Assembly: GCF_009914755.1 (NCBI RefSeq)
Contig: NC_060936.1
Length of the DNA: 64,000 bases
Origin: the human T2T-CHM13v2.0 reference genome, Homo sapiens
Reading direction: 5' to 3' (one strand)
In this document: positions 59,363 to 64,000 of the stretch, in pieces
Numbering within the stretch: the first letter of the stretch is position 1
Layout of the letters: the number at the start of each line of letters is the position of its first letter
Position numbers and translations under genes: made by a program
The notes under the pieces: model-generated
The model's input: only the letters and a program-made list of their open reading frames with translations
What the model was told of the DNA's origin: nothing
Databases searched by the model: none

Positions 59363-62300
59363 CTTAAGGGATAGCCAGGAGAGGGAAAAGGTAGGCAAAG
59401 TGAGAATAGCTCCCCATTGGCCAATGGGACAATCAGCACATAGTAGGTTTTCAATAAAGATGCCTGTTTGAAAGATTGTTTCCTATTTGCCTTCCAGACT
59501 ATTAGAGTCATATTTGATTCCACACAATTTCTCTGCACAATCCTACCTCTGTTGGGTTCTTGTTCTTAACCAGAGTAAGGTGCCCAAGACTGCCAGAGAG
59601 GCATGAAGATCTAAAAGTGCTGGCAGAGGGAGCCTCCTTCTGAGAGGCCACTGTCCCCAGAGTAACCTTTGGGCAGTCCAAGCCTGTTCTCAGGTCAACT
59701 TGTTCAAACTAGTTAGTACATCTAACCTCTCAGCTCATAAACATTTACTGCGGGTGTATAATGTACAAGACAGGGCACTAAGTGCCCTGTGGCCATCCCA
59801 TGAATGCAGAGGTGGGAGAGTTCCATGCAGGTTAAGAGCATGGGCTTCTGCAAACCTGAGAGGGAGTCGTGGGTTTCCTCCTCACAGGCTATGACAGCTT
59901 GGCATGTTGATTAACCTCACAGAGACTCCATTTCCTCATTTGTAAAGGGAACATAACTGGTTCCTACCTCACAAGACCTAGTGATAGGTCTGGGAGGCAC
60001 GTAGCACAGCACCTGTTACCAAGTGAGTGCTCAGTAAGTAGCTGAAGCTACAACTCCAGTACCAGCAGGTGGCACACACTGGATGTGTCACCAGCAAAGC
60101 CTCGGGCCTCATGGGTATTCCACAGTGCCTGGAATGTCCCACCTTGCATAACACCTCCAAGCTCCAGGTTGTCATCAGAAGGCCAGTGAGAGGCAGCAGC
60201 TTCTCAGGAACCAACTGCCGAGTCTGCACAGACTCCGCTTTCCCGCCGGTGCAGCTGCCCACACCCTGCTTAGGACCAGGACTCTCCCCTGTGCAGAATG
60301 AGGACTTTGTATGGCATCTGGTTCTGGGAACACCACTTAGTCTATTCCCTGGCACAGGACCTGCAGGGCAGGTTTGCAAAAGCATGACACACATTCCAAC
60401 TCACAGAGTACTGACTGCTTCTGCCTTCCACTCCTGCTATTCACCAACCAGACACCCCCATCCTCTCCCAGCCAGCCTTGGGGTGGGGCGGTCTCACCAC
60501 CTACCCCCCTTGCCCACAAGTCACTTCAAAGACATGACTTCCCAAGAGATCTTCACTTGCACTTTTCATTTGTTGGCAGTGAGAATGACTTCCTTCCTGG
60601 CAGAGTAACTGAGAGTCACTACATGGTCATCGTGGCGGCTCTGCTCCCTCCACGCCTATGCCCGATCACCCACAGGCTGGACCTCTGGGGATCCCACCCT
60701 TTGCATCTGGACCATGAGGACCCAGGACCCAGAAGGCAGGACAGTTTCTCTTCCACATGTCGCCACAGCGGGATGCAGGCACTGCCATCAACGCCTGTCA
60801 CTTGGATTGAGCAAGAACAGCCTCTCCCCACCCTGGACCATTTCCCCAATAGTCAGACCAGACCAAAGAGGCAAACTCTAGTGTCTTTGGGAACTGACTC
60901 TGTCTCCTGCAATGCAGCTTCTCCCTGGCTTTGGCCTCCACTTTGCTTTTCATTTCCCCGGAACCTGATTATAGGTGACCTATGTCCTTTATCAGAGTGG
61001 GCGAGGTTTGCCTACCCTTGCCTTCCTGGCTGCTTACCTGCTTTACAGCCAGACTTTCTGTGGGATAGTGTGGTCCCCAGAGGTCTGGGAAGCTGGATGA
61101 GCAAAATGTGGAGGCTGTAGATATGGAGGAAGAGGGAAGAGGAAACGTGAGGCCCAGTCTTGGCTCCACTATGAACCCCAATTTCCCCAGGGGAAGCTGA
61201 AGAGGAGTTGGCAGACCTTCCTGTCCCTGTCTGAGGTTGGGGTGGGGCAGGAAAACCAAAGGTGAGGCCAGTCACAAGTCAAGGGTGAAGGGAAGTCACA
61301 CGAGTGGTGGGCTGGGTCCCAGGACAGGGTGGCCGGGAGCAGTGCCGCCCCAGGGAAAAGACGAGAATTGGCTGATAACACCAGGGAGCAGGCTAGGGTG
61401 TCGGGGGCTGTCCTCAGAATTAAGCTACCCCTGTTTTCCCTTGAGCATTAAGCCTCCCCCAACCTTATCATCCCCTCATCACTGCTGTGACCTCTGCTGA
61501 GTTTGGAGTGATGATCACTAGGGTGATTAATATTCCATTTTTCCCTGGAAAGTTTGGGTTTATGTCCATTGTCCTGGTATAACCATGCATGGCATCCCCT
61601 TTCACTCTCAGAAGTATCCCAGTTTGCAAGATACATTACACAGGCACTCTTTCTAGCATATCTAGGAGGGCACTGACACAGGAAAAGGTTAGGGACAAAT
61701 CAGAGGGAAGCAAAATGACAAGCAAGGCCTTGGTGGCCCAGAGTGGCAGCCAGGCTGGCTTCAGCCCAGCTGGATCCTCTCAGAACTGGACAATAGTGGA
61801 GGGAGAGCCTGAGAACTGCTGCCCACCCTGGGGCTCAAACTGTCTTGGAGTCAGGGGCCTGGTCTGGTGGGTTCTGCTTCCTGCTATCCCTCAGAGGGCC
61901 TGGAGTCATGCTGGGCACACAAGAGGCTCTTAATCAAATCTGGTCAATTCCTTATTTCCCTCTACCTGCATCCAAAACAGAATTGCAGCAGGGACAAATG
62001 GAAGCTGGAGCCCTGTAATTCTTTATTCAGCAACACACCAAATGTCATCTAGGTGGTCCTCCCGTCTCTGGCTCTCTGGCCCCTAGGACCTGACTGCTGC
62101 ACAGGCAACAGCGAGTTTCTAGCAGAGGTTCCAGATGCCTATTCCAGCCAGGACAGCGGTGCCTCCTTAGGATGTGGGGTAAGGAATGAAACAATGGGAA
62201 CTCCCTTTCGTGTCTTAGATAACCACCTGATGTAGTAGCCACCTGATGTAGCCCACTCGGTCCCAGGCCTTTCTCCATTCACAGCCTGGGCTTTGGACAC

Positions 62301-63488
62301 CTGCTATCTGTTCTGGGGGTAGAGTGTAGGGGTTCAGGAGGTCCTCTCGGAGCTTCCTCTGGGGCTTAGTTACAAAAGAGATCAGTTTTGAGGTCAAATA
62401 GGGGAAGAATACTGAGAAACCATAAACACAAACTATCAGGGCACCCCAAACAGCACCCGACCTTCCATAATGTTTATACAAACAAAGTCTGATGGCCTCT
62501 GCCGAAGAGGAGTAAAGGGTTGGGAAGGCTTTCTAACTCTCATTTTTTCCCCTCCTTTCTTACCCCATTTTCTAGTCCCTCCTTTAGCTTGGTAAGGGTC
62601 CAAGTCACAGCTGATCAAGACCAGCCAAACCCAAAGCCATGGGACCCAGCCAGAGCATAGACTGTGAATTCCCCAGCTTTTTGCAGTTTGAGTCAGCCCC
62701 ACAGCTGGATTGGCCTCCCAGGACTCTTCTCAAATAGGTCCAGAGAGGCTGCTGAGTGGGGGCCACGGACTCTGCAGGGAGGGCTACTTCTGTTCAACGA
62801 TCTCTAGCACCCAAAACAAAAGCCAGGGAGAAATGTGCAGTCTTACTACCTTCTGGTCTGGCTGCATGCCAGCCCTGAGACTGTTTCAGAAAGACTCACA
62901 GTTCCCTCCAGCACTTGGACAGGGAAGGGACGGCAGGTCTCTCAACACACAACACTCTTAGTCCATAGAATTGAGGCTCCAATGTTCAGATAACCCATTT
63001 CTACCTCAGCAAATCACCCTCACTCCCTAGCCTGAGTTAAAGCCTTCTTTGCCAACACCATGACTTCTCTGGCCCCAGACTTTCCTAATTTCTTTTGCTC
63101 ACCCCCTTCACTAGCAGAGATGGGCTGCTAATGAGACCACTAGGCAGAAATGGAAGGAAGGGCTGGAAAAGCCTGCAGTGCTGGGATGCACCTCCTTATC
63201 CCAGGAGAAAGATGAGATGTAGATTTATCATAAAGCCACTATCCCTTCACGGTCACCTCCTGCTAGAATCATCTCATAGCCATTCCATAAGCACTGCTGT
63301 GTTGGGTATCTGAGCCCCTGCCCATGAGGAAGACCACCTTCCAGCAGGGAGCTGGAGCAGAGCTGAACTCTGCCCAGGAGAGCTTCTGCAATGCTCAGAA
63401 AATGCCTGCCCAACTGCTTGCCTGGGCTCTGGCCCCTTTGGCTGCAACTGAGCCCAGACAGGAGGCTGACTCACTCACCGCACGCATA

Positions 63489-63541
63489 GAGGAGGAGGAG
63501 GAACAAGAGGAGGAGGAGGAGGAGGAGGAGAAGGAGGAGGA
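63489..63541 (+). repeat. Imperfect (GAG)n purine repeat
   Basis: gaggaggaggaggaacaagaggaggaggaggaggaggaggagaaggaggagga. Confidence 0.9.
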
Positions 63542-63860
63542 ACTGTGAGAAGGGTCTGGGCTTGGAGACCTAAGGCTCCCCCAGCCCAGGCTAGGTCTCA
63601 GACTCTGGTCCCTGGGTGAAGAGAAGGAGGGGCAGTTGTACACTGGCCCTGGAGACCACAGGCTGTTCCCTCCTAGATACTTCTGAATCTTCCTCACCAC
63701 CACCCACAGATCCAGGGCACCTCACTTTTCAAACAGAAACTACTCCTTGAGCCCCTTCCTCATTTAAATGCTTGCCCCTGAGTTCCTCTGAACATCTATT
63801 GACAGGCTGTCCTGAAAAAAAATAGGGCCAATTAGGTCTAAACTCATTGGTAGTTCAAAG

Positions 63861-63891
<31 letters not shown>

Positions 63892-63967
63892 TTACTTAAA
63901 AGACCCAACTCCACCATCACAGGTGACCATACCTGGGCCCTGTAAGACAATAAATAAGGTTACACAC

Positions 63968-64000
63968 CCTCCACTCCAGCAGTTCTGAGCACCATCGACA
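63968..64000 (-). CDS. VDR: 3' end of VDR exon 1d (N-terminal extension of VDRB1/B2), truncated by the window
   Basis: TG TCG ATG GTG CTC AGA ACT GCT GGA GTG GAG G|gtgtgt = SMVLRTAGVE. It joins in frame to exon 1c (G|AA) or directly to exon 2 (G|GG ATG). Confidence 0.9.

Noticed and set aside
60069-61120. Longest ORFs not overlapping exons (248 aa and 179 aa, + strand)
   Set aside because: Non-ATG starts, no recognisable domain, and composition typical of GC-rich intron sequence; no support for coding.
63324-63703. Poly-Glu and poly-Ser ORFs
   Set aside because: Artefacts of the (GAG)n repeat.

Overview
Human genomic DNA spanning nearly the whole vitamin D receptor gene (VDR, NR1I1) on the minus strand. 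I reconstructed all eight coding exons (conventional exons 2-9) from GT-AG boundaries. Their lengths sum to 1284 nt (146+131+185+121+172+152+117+260), giving the intact 427-aa protein. Also present are the ~3.2-kb 3'UTR, 5' exons 1c and 1b, and the 3' end of exon 1d at the right edge; the main promoter and exon 1a lie outside the window. Restriction sites read as the FokI f (ATG), BsmI b, ApaI a, TaqI T, long poly(A) haplotype. The introns hold about 20 Alus, two THE1 LTRs, MER82, MADE1, and L1/L2/MIR remnants. This is a heavily studied locus and I do not see a new gene system. The best leads are: a TSD-flanked, 3'UTR-only retrocopy (recognised as PGAM1) lying sense to VDR with an intact AATAAA; consensus nuclear-receptor elements (two DR3, and a DR1 overlapping a probable Tru9I RFLP base); inverted Alus bracketing exons 3-6, whose back-splice would give a stop-free 609-nt circle; a nested AT-rich palindrome; a local ~110-bp duplication; uORFs in exon 1b; and MIR-derived poly(A) signals. 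Family, SNP and parent-gene identifications come from recall, not from database searches.
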